A stretch of DNA of 63,845 bases, filler included, from Alcyonidium flabelliforme (GCA_026167845.1; 56 parts of 56 records of this genome joined end to end with filler, not necessarily neighbours in it); one strand, 5' to 3'. Counted from the whole stretch's first letter, positions 10,860 through 23,335 are shown. The notes: generated by a model not told the origin, from the sequence alone. Translations and numbers: made by a program.

Positions 10860-11579
10860 ATGGCCGACTCGACGACAGGGCGGTCGGCGGTCCGGCCGCC
10901 GCGGTTCGACGGATCAGGAGACGTGGAGGCGTTCCTGTTGTCCTTCGGCGATGTCGCGGAGGCGAATCGTTGGGTGGATAAGGAATGTCTCCTCCACCTC
11001 CGCTCATCCCTGGAAGGGGATGCCAGCCGCACTATATGCGGCTTCGAGTCCTTCACAGGACTCAGTGCAAGCCTCCGATCGCGGTTTGGAGTCACGCGCG
11101 AAAGCGCACGGACTCAACTGCAAGGCTTGCGCCGCCCCGCAGGACGTGCGGTGGGAGAACATGGGATGCGCGTCAGGCAACTGATGCGTGTCGCCTATCC
11201 CGACTGGTCTAGCGGCCAGCGTGACGACTTCGCTAGAGTCGTTTTCATGGATTCCATGAACCTCCCCGGTTTGCAGGAATTCATGTTACCCATGCGGGCC
11301 GAAACGCTGGAGGACGCTGTACGGGCCACGGAGGCGTTTGTGCAAGCCAGGGCGTCCACTGAACGTGGACAGGTTACGGGACGCTCAACAGCTGTCCGAA
11401 TGGTGGAACAACCCGCGGAGACCGTACAGGTCGAGGCGGTGTCCACCCCAGCCGCCGACCATGGCGGCACAGCGGCCGTCCTGGCCGCACTGTCACGCCT
11501 CGAAGGTCGCATGACCGCGATGGAGGGAGGAGGCCGACCTGCTCAAGCCGACCCCTTTCCTTCACCGCGTCGCGTTTGA
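10860..11579 (+). mobile_element. Ty3/Gypsy retrotransposon gag (capsid) fragment
   Basis: PPRFDGSGDVEAFL..F..VAEANRW..L..SLEGDA..LRSRFG..LQGLRR..AYP..F..TLEDAV gag pattern. GC-rich. Confidence 0.8.
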
Positions 11580-11837
11580 CTAAGGGAGAACCCTAATATG
11601 GGCTGGATAGAGAAATGAAGGGCGATCCAGGCCCCAAGGCACCGCATCCGAGTCCCGATCGATGTATTTGCTTTGGTAATATTTACTATGCCCTTGCCTC
11701 GTAGACTGCGTGCAGCACAGCGAGAGCCCACGACACCNNNNNNNNNNNNNNNNNNNNNNNNNNNNNNNNNNNNNNNNNNNNTTAATTAATTAANNNNNNN
11801 NNNNNNNNNNNNNNNNNNNNNNNNNNNNNNNNNNNNN

Positions 11838-12905
11838 ACCGGATGTATGGGCTGGTGTGGGTCTCTCTTCAAAAGGAAAATCGTTTGGCATAAAAGGACT
11901 TTCGTCTAGATCCATGTGTCCCGCGACTGGTGGGTCTCGATCAATGGCTTGACGAATTTGTGTTCGGCGACAGGAAGCAGACGACGTTGAATCTGCAAGG
12001 CAATCCGAACTTGATAAGTTAAATTGCACTCTCTCTTGCAACGCGTTATCGCAAGTCTTTGGTGATTCATGAGATAAATGGTTCGATGAGCTCATAGGTC
12101 GCGATGAAGACGATTGTTGATCGTTGCTCTCCGAGTTTTCGGTTAATCGAGGCCCTGGATTCATGATTGCTTCAGCCATTTGGTTTAGCTTCCAGACAGC
12201 CCGGGCCATCCTGCCTGAGACCCAGGTCTTGCGGCAGTGTTTCTTCAGTGATCGCGCGGCTTCCAACGTCAATTCCCCATAGGTATGTTTGAAAGAACTT
12301 TGTTTGATGATCAACCCGAGCGCAATAATTGTAGCACTGGTCAGGTAGTGCAGAAATGGAAAAGTGTACTTTGGATGATCTTCCGCCACGTTGCTGAAGT
12401 CTTCGATTATGCTCTGGGCTAGGCGCATACAAATCACTTCGTTTTCGATGACTTCTGGTACTGGCAAAGATGAAGCTCCTTTACGCTGAAGCATTGGCTT
12501 TCTGATCAGAAGGTAAAGTGACGACCATCGCTGTTCGACAGTTAGTTCAAATCATTTCAAGGAGGGTTTGCCCCAAAGACAACGAAAGGCCGTACAATCC
12601 GCATCATCAACTGCTGCTTGATCTGCCACCACGCTAATCCTCTTGCTCTGTAGCTTCCCGGCCGTTGCGGGTCATAGGAAAACTCTGGTTGAAGATCACT
12701 TTGGGATTGTGTTATGAGGAGTTCCAAATATTCTTTGAGAAATGGACTTGGGGTTGAGTCCGACGTTGAAGCACCGTACAGAGCTTCCCAGACTTTGCCT
12801 ATCACCTTCGAGTAGCTAGCCATAGCAATGAGGTATGGCACTGTAGTAGGAGAGTTTCCAGTAGCAGTATCCTCGGGCTGCAGCGGATGAGAGGTCCCTC
12901 GGTGT
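11838..12905 (-). CDS. Fungal-specific transcription factor (Fungal_trans/MHR region), partial, spliced
   Basis: Intron 12531-12595 (GTACGG...CTAAC...CAG) joins MMRI to RWSSLYLLIRKPMLQ and fuses ORFs 12557-12841 and 11790-12494. Confidence 0.75.
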
Positions 12906-13007
12906 NNNNNNNNNNNNNNNNNNNNNNNNNNNNNNNNNNNNNNNNNNNNTTAATTAATTAANNNNNNNNNNNNNNNNNNNNNNNNNNNNNNNNNNNNNNN
13001 NNNNNGC

Positions 13008-13325
13008 TTTCCCAACGCCCAAGCAAGTAAGGTTTCCTTGAATACAATTTTTCAAAATTTTGGCACTTTAAATAAATTTAGGAATAGATTGTTCCATCAC
13101 GAGCCCGCTTGGAAAGGACGTTCTACTAGAAGTAGGGAGCAGGCAATAAATAACATAATCAAAAAATATCAGGAGCATTTAGAAGTAATTAGGTATTTGT
13201 CCACAAGTAAGTATCAGTTAATAACCGCGCTAGGGTTCGAGGATAGATTTTTATCGGAATGTGATATTGCTAACTTAAACACATTTAAGGATATATTGTT
13301 ACCATCGGAAACTCAAAATGATTAG
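13008..13325 (+). CDS. Abi (AbiD/AbiF-like, HEPN) family protein, C-terminal part
   Basis: RNRLFHHEP, the HEPN Rx4H motif typical of the Abi_2 family. Confidence 0.7.
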   Translation, partial: FPNAQASKVSLNTIFQNFGTLNKFRNRLFHHEPAWKGRSTRSREQAINNIIKKYQEHLEVIRYLSTSKYQLITALGFEDRFLSECDIANLNTFKDILLPSETQND

Positions 13326-13353
13326 CTTAAAAATATTTTCACAGAGTTATTAA

Positions 13354-13629
13354 ATGACACATAGCAAAACTAAAACTAGCTTATATAGGCGAGCTTACGT
13401 GACTTGGCTGATTAGCGCAGGCGTTAACACTGTGCCAGCAATTATGGAAGCTACAGGAATGCCAAGACGAACAGCTCAAGATACGATAGCGGCAATTCCT
13501 GAGCTGTCTATTGTGCTTGAAAATAAAGGCGGTTCATACTCGGTGGTAGACTGGGGGATGTTAAACAAATCTTGGTTAAATGATAATTCACAGCACGTTA
13601 GTGACGTGCTACTGTACCCTCAATACTAA
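13354..13629 (+). CDS. Winged helix-turn-helix protein (HTH_43-like)
   Basis: SKTKTSLYRRAYVTWLI..NTVPAIMEATGMPRRTAQDTI..L..Y..DWG motif. Confidence 0.75.
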   Translation: MTHSKTKTSLYRRAYVTWLISAGVNTVPAIMEATGMPRRTAQDTIAAIPELSIVLENKGGSYSVVDWGMLNKSWLNDNSQHVSDVLLYPQY

Positions 13630-13653
13630 ATTTTAAATTAACTGGAGATAAAA

Positions 13654-13788
13654 ATGTCAGAACAAGTAGAAGAAAATAATATCAAATCAAATTCTGAAAA
13701 TGACAATTTCTTTATTAGAAATACTCACCTAATGATTGCTATATTGTGGGGGCTCTGTGGCCTTGGAATATATTTTTACAATTATTAA
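13654..13788 (+). CDS. Small 44-aa single-pass membrane protein
   Basis: GGAG RBS; MSEQVEENN...HLMIAILWGLCGLGIYFYNY* with a hydrophobic C-terminus. Confidence 0.45.
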   Translation: MSEQVEENNIKSNSENDNFFIRNTHLMIAILWGLCGLGIYFYNY

Positions 13789-14173
13789 ATTCAGCTAGCT
13801 ATTCACTATAAATAACGGTTGGAATAAGAGAGGAACTATATGGCATTTGTAGAAAAAAAGACCGAGAAATTAGTATTTAAAGAAGGTAGAGATGCTGCGC
13901 TTAAAGAGTACAAATCTAAACGTGGTTTTGGTACAAACCTAATTAGAACTGTGTTTTATTTTTAGTATTAGAATATTACAAAGTCTAAAGTAAAAAAACC
14001 GAAAGGACTAATAATGAAAGAAGAAACTACTAAAGAAGCAATAACAAAAATCGAACAAGAACTTCAACAGGNNNNNNNNNNNNNNNNNNNNNNNNNNNNN
14101 NNNNNNNNNNNNNNNTTAATTAATTAANNNNNNNNNNNNNNNNNNNNNNNNNNNNNNNNNNNNNNNNNNNNAT

Positions 14174-15064
14174 TGGTTTCAAAGTTATCTTTCAAATAGA
14201 AAACAACTTGTATGTTTAGAAAATTGCTCTTCTTCACTATTAACTATAACAACAGGTGTTCCGCAAGGATCAATCCTAGGACCTCTTCTTTTTTTGATAT
14301 ACGTAAACGATTTATCATCCTCATCAACTAATATGAAATGCATCATGTATGCTGATGATACCAGTCTATTAATACCATTAAAACTAAATAGTCGTAATAA
14401 CATTGAAACCCAAAGTAATTTTATAAACAATGAATTAAAATATGTTTATGATTGGCTTATTGCTAACAAATTATCTCTTAATACTAACAAAACTAAATAC
14501 ATGATCTTTCATTTTTCCCAAAGAAAACTCTCTGATAAAGAAATACCTATTATTAAAGTTAATGACATTCAAATTGAAAGAGTTGAAACTTTCAAATTCT
14601 TAGGCATTTTTATCGATAGTACCTTGTCATTTGATAAGCATGTTAATGAAATAGCTAATAAAATTTCTAAAAGTATTGGTATTCTTTCAATATTAAAAAG
14701 TTATTTTCCTAGACATGTCTTACTTATGATTTATAACTCCCTTATCCTCTCCTACCTTAATTATGGTATAATGATTTGGGGATTCAATAACTGCATTAGA
14801 CTTAAAACATTGCAAAAAAGAGCATTAAGACATGTAAACAATTCGCGCTTTCTAGCTCATACTCATCCTATATGTAAAACAACCAAAACACTACTTTTGG
14901 ATGACTTATTTCATTTTGCTTGCCTTAAGTTTTATTATAAATTTACAAATAATTTACTCCCGACTTCTTTCTATATACGTAAATTTATAGAAACTTATGA
15001 ACCTCATAGAAATCTGCGTAGAATTGGCAGACTATGGGATAATTTCTGTATACTATTTATTTAG
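14174..15064 (+). mobile_element. Non-LTR retrotransposon (CR1/L2/Jockey-like) reverse transcriptase fragment
   Basis: WFQSYLSNRKQ..GVPQGSILGPLLFLIYVND..YADDT..LSLNTNKT..FKFLG..YG..WG..LQKRALR. Confidence 0.92.
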
Positions 15065-15334
15065 CGCATTTATTTATATATAATGCAACATTTAAGCTAA
15101 ATAATCCATTATTTAGATATATCTAAAATAAATGATATATAATAGAATTATTTACATATAATGAGTTTGAGTGATAAATCATTTTATTATTTATATATAA
15201 TTGAATTATATAGTAACATCAAATATTGACATTTNNNNNNNNNNNNNNNNNNNNNNNNNNNNNNNNNNNNNNNNNNNNTTAATTAATTAANNNNNNNNNN
15301 NNNNNNNNNNNNNNNNNNNNNNNNNNNNNNNNNN

Positions 15335-15800
15335 AAATCGTATATTACTCGCATTGTGACAATGAAGCCTATTGATTTTGGGGTCATTCAGAACCAAAAT
15401 GGCCGACTGGCATCTACGTAAAGCATGTCAAATTCACTGTTATCATGATATCTCAAGAAGGCAATGTGATATCCATTTGAAACTTCAGTCATATATTACT
15501 CGTATAGTGACAATGAAGCCTATTGATTTTGGGGTCATTCAGAACCAAAATGGCCGACTGGCATCCACGTAAAGCGCATCAAATTCACTGTTATCGAGAT
15601 ATCTCAAGAAGGCAATGTGATATCCATTTGAAACTTAAATCGTATATTACTTGCATTGTGACAATGAAGCCTATTGATTTTGGGGTCATTCAGAACCAAA
15701 ATGGCCGACTGGCGTCCATGTAAAGCGCGTCAAATTCACTGTTAGTGGGATATTTCATCAATGGAATGTGATATCATTTGAAATTAAACATTATATTACC
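15335..15800. repeat. 151-bp tandem repeat, about 3 copies
   Basis: ATTGATTTTGGGGTCATTCAGAACCAAAATGGCCGAC recurs at 15371, 15522 and 15673. Confidence 0.92.
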
Positions 15801-16496
15801 CTGTTTATAAGATATAATGTCAGGTTTTTTTATTGTTTTTCACCTTATTCTTATAATATTAAAAGACTTTATGTAACATCACTAACTACAGTGTATATTT
15901 TATCATTGTTTGTAAGAAGATACTTTTACTGGGGGGAAAATTTTGGAAGAGTCCATATTCAAGGGTAACTGGTATAGTGATAAATTAAAATGACAAAATC
16001 TTTCAATTGTTTTGTTTATAAAATGCTAAACAACTTACTACCCTTAAACAAACTATAACAATCATATCCCAAACCTGTATTTATTGATTTCTAAATAGAG
16101 GTGTTTGGCAACTAAACATAACATTTCTGAACAGTACTATATGGTTTTGTGTCTTTGTGATGCATCATAATACTTAGATCTGTTTCTACAATGAAATCAG
16201 TAAGGGTGAAATGTGTTTAGTTAAATGTATTGTGTATTAAGAGGATTTATAACAACTGTGGTTTTGAGTAAGTCTATTATGTAACAAAGTGCAATAAAAG
16301 ATGGCTAATCAGCTCCAGATCATTTTGACTGCATATTATATTTCTAATATCTGTTTACATTAAGCTGTATAGTGTTACACAGTATGAGCAGAAAGGNNNN
16401 NNNNNNNNNNNNNNNNNNNNNNNNNNNNNNNNNNNNNNNNTTAATTAATTAANNNNNNNNNNNNNNNNNNNNNNNNNNNNNNNNNNNNNNNNNNNN

Positions 16497-17556
16497 AGAA
16501 GACTAGTTAGACGTACTTTTAGACGATTTAGAAGGGTACACTTCGACCTAATCTAACTACTACCGGCGTATAATAGATATCGCTAGATATCCCACTTCTA
16601 TCTAGAAGGACCGAGGTTCCATTGTATCATGACACATGAAGTCACACCGGAATGCCAGCTTGCGATAAAGGAGTTCGTACAGCTAGCAAGGAATCAGTGG
16701 AAGCTGCCGATCAAGGCTTTCCACTACGATAATGAAGCCGCAGCAGGCAGAGCAGCGGAGTACAGCCTAACGGCTGATGGTATCTTAGTATATCATACTC
16801 CACCTGGACACTCAGAAATGAATGGGTATGCTGAGAGATCTGGCGGGATGATCATCACCCGTATGCGCATGCTCGCTCTCGAAGGAAAGCTCCCTAAGGA
16901 TCTATGGCCGGAATTTGCAAGCGCCGCAGTATGGTTATTGAATCGTACGCCGTCGTATATCGCTACCGAGAACCGCTGGGTGGTTCCATGGGAAGAAGTT
17001 AGGAAGGAATTTGCACCGGTGATACCGAAGACCAACCTGTCAAATGTCAGGCTATACGGGAGCATGGCGTACTGTAGGATTGAGAATCAAGTATAGTCTG
17101 ATAAGATGCACCCTCGAGCAGAGATTGGCTTCCTGGTAGGGTACCGTGCCTCGAATATCTGGAAGATCTGGTTTCCGCATAGTGGAAAGGTGAAGCATAT
17201 AAGGGATGCAGTCATTGATGAAACCCGGAAGTACACACCTGAGTACGACCAGTATAAGCCGATCCCACTACCGCTAGTGAAGCAACCGCAAGAACTCACA
17301 GCTGAAGAGATCACCTAGGTGATCAACTATGAAATCACTGGTCAACAGACTAGTACGATGGAGGAAAGTCAGGGCATACAGGATCGGGATGATCCCCAGC
17401 AGCATGATGCCCAGCACGATAATCCTCAGCAAGCACAGGAGAATCCTCAACAGGCGCAAGATGCTTCTCAGGAAGTGATCGAAGAAGTAACTGGTAAAGC
17501 AAGTGCTCAACGAGAGACTACCCCAAGTCAGGGGGTAAGAGAAGAAGCATACTGGC
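16497..17556 (+). mobile_element. Fungal Ty1/copia integrase region, pseudogenised
   Basis: VHFD..HYDN..MNGYAER..LPKDLWPE..AVWLLNRTP..GFLVGY..IRDAVIDE in one frame, with stops at 16554, 16584, 17094 and 17316. Confidence 0.88.
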
Positions 17557-17656
17557 NNNNNNNNNNNNNNNNNNNNNNNNNNNNNNNNNNNNNNNNNNNN
17601 TTAATTAATTAANNNNNNNNNNNNNNNNNNNNNNNNNNNNNNNNNNNNNNNNNNNN

Positions 17657-18717
17657 AGCGTCAAATCCACGTAGCTGATAGGACTTGACAGTCCGTGCAG
17701 TCCGCAAAGTCTGACCGGCATGCCAAATGCCCGTGCGTGCTTCTTTTGTATGGCTCCAGTATCGAAGGCCCGGGTATGCTCGGCGGGCATCCAGCTCCCC
17801 AAGCGTACCTACAAATCGTTGGATAGCATCAATATCGAAGTGTAAGTACATCATTACAAACTCGTTCAGTAACGTTGTGACGGGTGGAGGTGCCGGTGAA
17901 TTCTCAGGTATAGACTTCAAGGTTGTATACCTTGGCCAGTTAGCATAAAAGTCACAGGAAACAATGGCATAGTAAACCTACAGATCATCTTGTCTGCTTT
18001 GTAGCCACAGTCGGGCAATAGCACGGGTGTCAGGCTTTGAACCCTGAGACAAAACCATCTGCTCGCGAGTATCCCACACCTGGTTGGCCATTCCCTGTAA
18101 TAGTTCAGTTCTTGCAATATTATAGTCCATCTCCATAGGGACATGCGACATTAAGGACGGTTCAGATAATAAGTCCCGTAAACTGAAGTCTGATACTTCG
18201 ACTATACGATACTTTGTATTCCAAAGATCTCGCCATGCAATAGCTGTTGGTGCAAGCCAGAGATCTCTTGCAGCAGGGAACGGTAATGTTAGCTCGGTAT
18301 ATCAAGTGAGAGCCGGGCGGTTCATAGACATGGCAACCTCCACATCGTGGCCAAATAGATAATAAGCCAGCCTGGTTCTGTCAGCATCGTAATTCGACAG
18401 GCTAAAGATCGATACATACCGCTTAAGTGATTCTTGTCTTACCCACTCATGCCATATATTATTCAAAGACTGCTCATCATCGCCAGTCATAGAAGGTGTT
18501 ACAGCAGAGTACGTGGAGCTGTCAAATGCCGCAGCACGTCGAAAAGCCTGTAAAGTTAGCTCAGAGCATATTTTGGTCTTCAAGGCACATACAGTGCACA
18601 GTGGTTGTAGATAGCTTTCTGCTATTTGCATTTTTCGTCGATAGCCGCAGAAGACCCCGATATCCAACCACAGCATTGAGGCTTGTAACCACTGAAGATC
18701 GCGCAAGACACTATTAN
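17657..18717 (-). pseudogene. Fungal transcription factor (Fungal_trans domain), 3 introns, in-frame TGA
   Basis: Introns at 18548-18592, 18372-18419 and 17931-17981 (GT..CT(A/G)AC..AG). Protein reads WHEWVRQESLKRLAYYLF..RPALT*YTELTLPFPAARDLW, with TGA at 18302-18304. Confidence 0.7.
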
Positions 18718-18934
18718 NNNNNNNNNNNNNNNNNNNNNNNNNNNNNNNNNNNNNNNNNNNTTAATTAATTAANNNNNNNNNNNNNNNNNNNNNNNNNNNN
18801 NNNNNNNNNNNNNNNNCCTGAATTAACAGATGGGGCATTTTGCTCAACAACCGCTATACATCCACTATCATAATGGCTAACACGGTTCGAGACTTCGAAT
18901 TTTTAGTATAACAGCTAAAGATAGCTAGGTGTAG

Positions 18935-19678
18935 CTACTTAGACTGTCCGCAGCACTCACACATAGCATTACCTTGCACTGCAACAACTTTGACGCACTG
19001 CAAAAACTTAATCGCATAATCCGCAATCGCCTTATTATCATCAACGCCATTAATCACTCTACGAGCATTTACCCATTCGTTGTAGTTGAGTCCGTACTTG
19101 ATATACTGGTTTAATCTGCGAGTTGTAAACGTACCCTTTAGCGAACCAATGGTTAGTATCTTTGCGCTGACAACGGGGTCTAACGCTAGATCAGGACTGT
19201 TAACTAAGTCGATACCTAGAATATTGGTAAACTTCTTATAGTTGTCATAACCAGTAATCATAACATCACCGCGACCTCGATACTTATAGCCGTCACCGTC
19301 AGCTTCTGGCGTGTTGCCTAGTTGCTCGGCTAATCGCCCTGTGTCGTACTTATCAAAGTATCTAACACCGCCATACTCGGTGATAGCTTGCATTGTAAAC
19401 GCTGTCTCATGCCATGCTGTAGCGAGCATATAAGCAACATATAGCGGATTGTTTGCATCTAGCTCTTTGTATTCGTTAAACGCTGCAAACTTACCATTAA
19501 TGCCATCTACAAAGCCCTGATTGATTGAGCTAACTTTAAAAACATCTTTGAATTTAGCAAAATCAAAATCTAACTTATAACCAACCTCTAAGGTTTCTTG
19601 AGATAGACCACCCCAATAACCGTCTGGGTCAATGCCTATAGCGGTCTGTAGCCTTTTTACGCTATCCTTTACGCTCAT
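18935..19678 (-). CDS. Phage endolysin, glycoside hydrolase family 19, with an N-terminal peptidoglycan-binding-like motif
   Basis: AYMLATAWHET..ITEYG..GDGYKYRGRG..ITGYDNY..ARRVING.D; N-terminal LQ...GIDPDGYWG. Confidence 0.88.
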   Translation of the reverse strand: MSVKDSVKRLQTAIGIDPDGYWGGLSQETLEVGYKLDFDFAKFKDVFKVSSINQGFVDGINGKFAAFNEYKELDANNPLYVAYMLATAWHETAFTMQAITEYGGVRYFDKYDTGRLAEQLGNTPEADGDGYKYRGRGDVMITGYDNYKKFTNILGIDLVNSPDLALDPVVSAKILTIGSLKGTFTTRRLNQYIKYGLNYNEWVNARRVINGVDDNKAIADYAIKFLQCVKVVAVQGNAMCECCGQSK

Positions 19679-19681
19679 GCT

Positions 19682-19849
19682 CTACCCCTTATTAAAGAAT
19701 CTTAATGCGAAGTACAGCGCATTTAGTGCTGTCAGGCCGCGTCGATAATGACTCTCTTTGATGTATGGTCGGATAAGCTCGCTATTCTTAATCGCTGCAT
19801 TTGTTGCATGGGTTGCGATGTTAATCGCTGCTTTTTTATCAACTTTCAT
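19682..19849 (-). CDS. Small phage protein (55 aa) upstream of the endolysin
   Basis: GGAG RBS; MKVDKKAAINIATHATNAAIKNSELIRPYIKESHYRRGLTALNALYFALRFFNKG*; ends 3 nt before the lysin ATG. Confidence 0.6.
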   Translation of the reverse strand: MKVDKKAAINIATHATNAAIKNSELIRPYIKESHYRRGLTALNALYFALRFFNKG

Positions 19850-22095
19850 TTTTTAAACTCCAAAAAAAGCCCCNNNNNNNNNNNNNNNNNNNNNNNNNNN
19901 NNNNNNNNNNNNNNNNNTTAATTAATTAANNNNNNNNNNNNNNNNNNNNNNNNNNNNNNNNNNNNNNNNNNNNTCTGATATTTGCGCACCACGTGCCGCG
20001 AAATGCAAAAAAATCGGATTTTTTAAAAAACAGATCAAACAATAAACGGCATTGCACTCAAGTAAGATTATCAAGACAACCCGCAATTTGTATCAAAAAC
20101 TGCCTTAGGGTCTCAGTAAAACATGTGGGAAATATTGTGTCATTAAAAGTTAAGAGGAGCTAGCGGTACACCATACCGCAAAGGATGTGACCATTTCCAA
20201 ATTTTTGCTGTTTTGGACCTCTTTCTTCCACAGTCGAATATATTCTAATTTTAAAACGTTTTCAAACATCTCAGTGTCGATTCAAAGGCTTACTGCTATT
20301 TCCAGCTCATTGAGAACACTTTTATTACAAATTGTCAATTCCTTAGCAACGGTTGCTAAGTTACCCACTTCCCTTAGTTACTGGCCCTGTAACGTGTTAC
20401 CACCAACTCTATTTTACTACGAATATAATTTTTTATCATGACTGGTGTATTAAATCATTTTCAAATATTTGTTCACGTCGTTGGCTTAGGAACGGTAGCC
20501 TAGCAACTAATTTCCCTTAGTTACTGGCAATAAAATACAATTAGCAACTAAATTATTATACCCGCCGTGACTTAAAGGCCGATTGCCAGTGATTAATGTA
20601 TAGGTGACGTAAATAACGATGGTAATATCCGGAACTTTCGAATTTGTATTCTTTGTCTTACAACGCCTGTGGAACGCTTTCTCTCTTCAGTAGTGGCCGC
20701 CAACTCGGAAGAGAGTTTCCGGGCTACCGTCAAGACACTACAGCGATGATTGGGAGATGTTTTCAGCCTGTAATATGTTGCTTTAACATTCTTTAACCAG
20801 TCTGCACCGCAAATTGTTCTAAAATTTGAGAATACTGCACGTTAATGTGGTGCTCTACGCCGATTTCGATGAAAAAAGCTCGCTTAAAACACATAAACAA
20901 TTTATGTATTTCTGAAAGAGTATTTAAAAGCTACTAAAAATTAATCAAAAACATTCTGTTTTCACCCAGATGCAAAGATGGGCACCAATCAAGGTGCAAA
21001 CATATCTGTACCGTGGGTAACAATTTGANNNNNNNNNNNNNNNNNNNNNNNNNNNNNNNNNNNNNNNNNNNNTTAATTAATTAANNNNNNNNNNNNNNNN
21101 NNNNNNNNNNNNNNNNNNNNNNNNNNNNCATGTAAACAAAAAGATTGGACCTTTTACGTCATATGACGATATTATAATAAGGGCAAAAGACCACGTGATA
21201 TATTTGTCCAATCTGAAGTTGCCGTTCTATAAAAATATGTCATTGACCCGGAAATGTTATTTCGCGGGAAAATCAGATCGTGTGAAGAAACAAAGGAAAA
21301 ACTTTCGTACAACAGCTAAGCGTGCTTTTTTATTTTATAAATTGGAAATAAAAAGTAACTTAAAGTATTATTATTACACCAGACACTTTAAGATATTATC
21401 CATTGTACGTTAAGGCTAAATAAACGAAATGTGAACCTTCGGAGGTGATTTGTGCGCGGATCCAGGATTACGGGTTCAGACCGCATTTTCACTCTACTGC
21501 TAATACTGTTATTCATGTATTAATATCACCGAACGTGTTTTACATCCGTCAAGTACTTCATTTTCACGCGCTCTTTATTTACATTTATTGACATAAGTAC
21601 TGTACATTTTAGGATAGTCGATCATGGAACTGGAAAACCTCACGAATAAAATTAAAGAGAACAATATAGGCTACATGGGAGTACAATAAAAAACACTAAT
21701 TTGCTTGAACTGTAAAGACTTTTTTGCTGTACGCTTGCATTATGTTGCTTTATGATTTGACGATATTTTATAGTCATATATTTTATATTTTCAGTTTCTG
21801 TAGCATAATGGATGTAATGGATTAAATCCTTCATCAATTGCATATTAACTTTTTTATTTCTTATAAAATGCTTAAAAACATTATCTGACAAAACTTCAAA
21901 TTATGCCAACAAAATGCACCAGATTGCAGGAAAAGACACCAAAATAATCAAAATTTTCTCGAGGGAGGTCCCTCGAACTCCCCCTGCCTGAGGGGGCGAC
22001 CCCTTCCCGCATCCTCCCCCCGCACGACCTGCGGCCCTGAAGATAAAAAAAATAAATCCCACTCATTCTTCAGTCTGGGCCTTGGCATATCTGGT

Positions 22096-22167
22096 ATAGG
22101 TGTATATATGTGTGTGTGTACGTATGTGAGTATATGTGTGTGTGTGTATGTACATATATATGTGTAT
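22096..22167. repeat. Imperfect (TG/TA)n microsatellite
   Basis: Alternating TG and TA dinucleotide runs. Confidence 0.8.
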
Positions 22168-23225
22168 TATTAATCTTTGCACNNNNNNNNNNNNNNNNNN
22201 NNNNNNNNNNNNNNNNNNNNNNNNNNTTAATTAATTAANNNNNNNNNNNNNNNNNNNNNNNNNNNNNNNNNNNNNNNNNNNNATAATTTAATTTTTAAAT
22301 TTATTATTACATTGCTCTTTTGACACATTAAGACTTTAGCACTCTGCAGCCACTCATTGCAATTCATCAATATATCTGATATATATAATAGTAATATAAG
22401 TAATTATTATTTTTAAAAATCAGAATTTCAATTGTCTTGGGTCACACTCAGTTAATTGGTAGATCTGTGTCCACTCACTCATGCTATTTTTTGGTCAATA
22501 AAATCAAAATCCTCACTCACGCCTATTACAAACACTAGTAAAATGCAAAAATCAAAAGGCTGATAGATCATAACCCTCTGTGACTGAGCCTGTAAAATAT
22601 TGTATTACCGGCACTCACATGCAAATCCATGTGTAAATTACAAATCGAAAAAGAGTGAGAATCTAGGGGGACAACTATGTGCCTCTATCCATCCCCAAAC
22701 CACAATCTAGGGCCATCTAGAAACAGACTATTTCCAACTGTATTTTTCGAAGTGTCATTAGGCTATACCCTCACAGGCTCCTAAACCAAACTTTGTAAAT
22801 TTAGCGAAAAAGTGATTTTTAGCTAGCATTCAGATGTATTTTTGACAATAATCGTCTTATTGTGATGTCACATAAAATAGATAAATTTTTGCATGATCAA
22901 AATTAAAAAGAAACTAGCACTCCCCAAATTCAAAATTCAAAAAAAATATATAAATTAATTGACGCTCACGTGTAGCAAAAGATATTTTTAGAAAATGAAT
23001 TATTTCTTCCCTCGCTTGACTTTTTAACTCCATAAGATGATAAATGGTTAAAATAAAACGCCTCGCTCCCAAGTGCAGGTGAAAAATGTGGACACAGACC
23101 TAACAGAAGTATTCCGGTTCCGGCAGCAATGGCGGCTTAAATTTTGCCTCTTGAAAATTTCAAATCTAATTTTGCTTCTTGAACTTTCAAATTCCTTTAT
23201 AAGCATAATAGTTGACTTAAACAAG

Positions 23226-23335
23226 ATGCCAAGTCAGCAGGTCAGCAAGGTAGTAACATGTAAAACCTGTAAAAAGGATGAAAACGACTCTTCCAGCCAG
23301 CAAACATGGATCACATGCGACTGGTGCACTACTTG
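23226..23335 (+). CDS. N-terminal PHD-finger protein fragment, possibly a LINE ORF1
   Basis: MPSQQ..CKTC...WITCDWCTT is a PHD-type Cys pattern, truncated at the contig end. Confidence 0.5.

Noticed and set aside
13006..15064. Abi/HEPN gene next to a reverse transcriptase as a retron- or DRT-like defence system
   Set aside because: They are on different contigs separated by a linker, and the RT is a eukaryotic LINE.
15372..15723. Two near-identical 66-aa ORFs
   Set aside because: They are by-products of the 151-bp tandem repeat.
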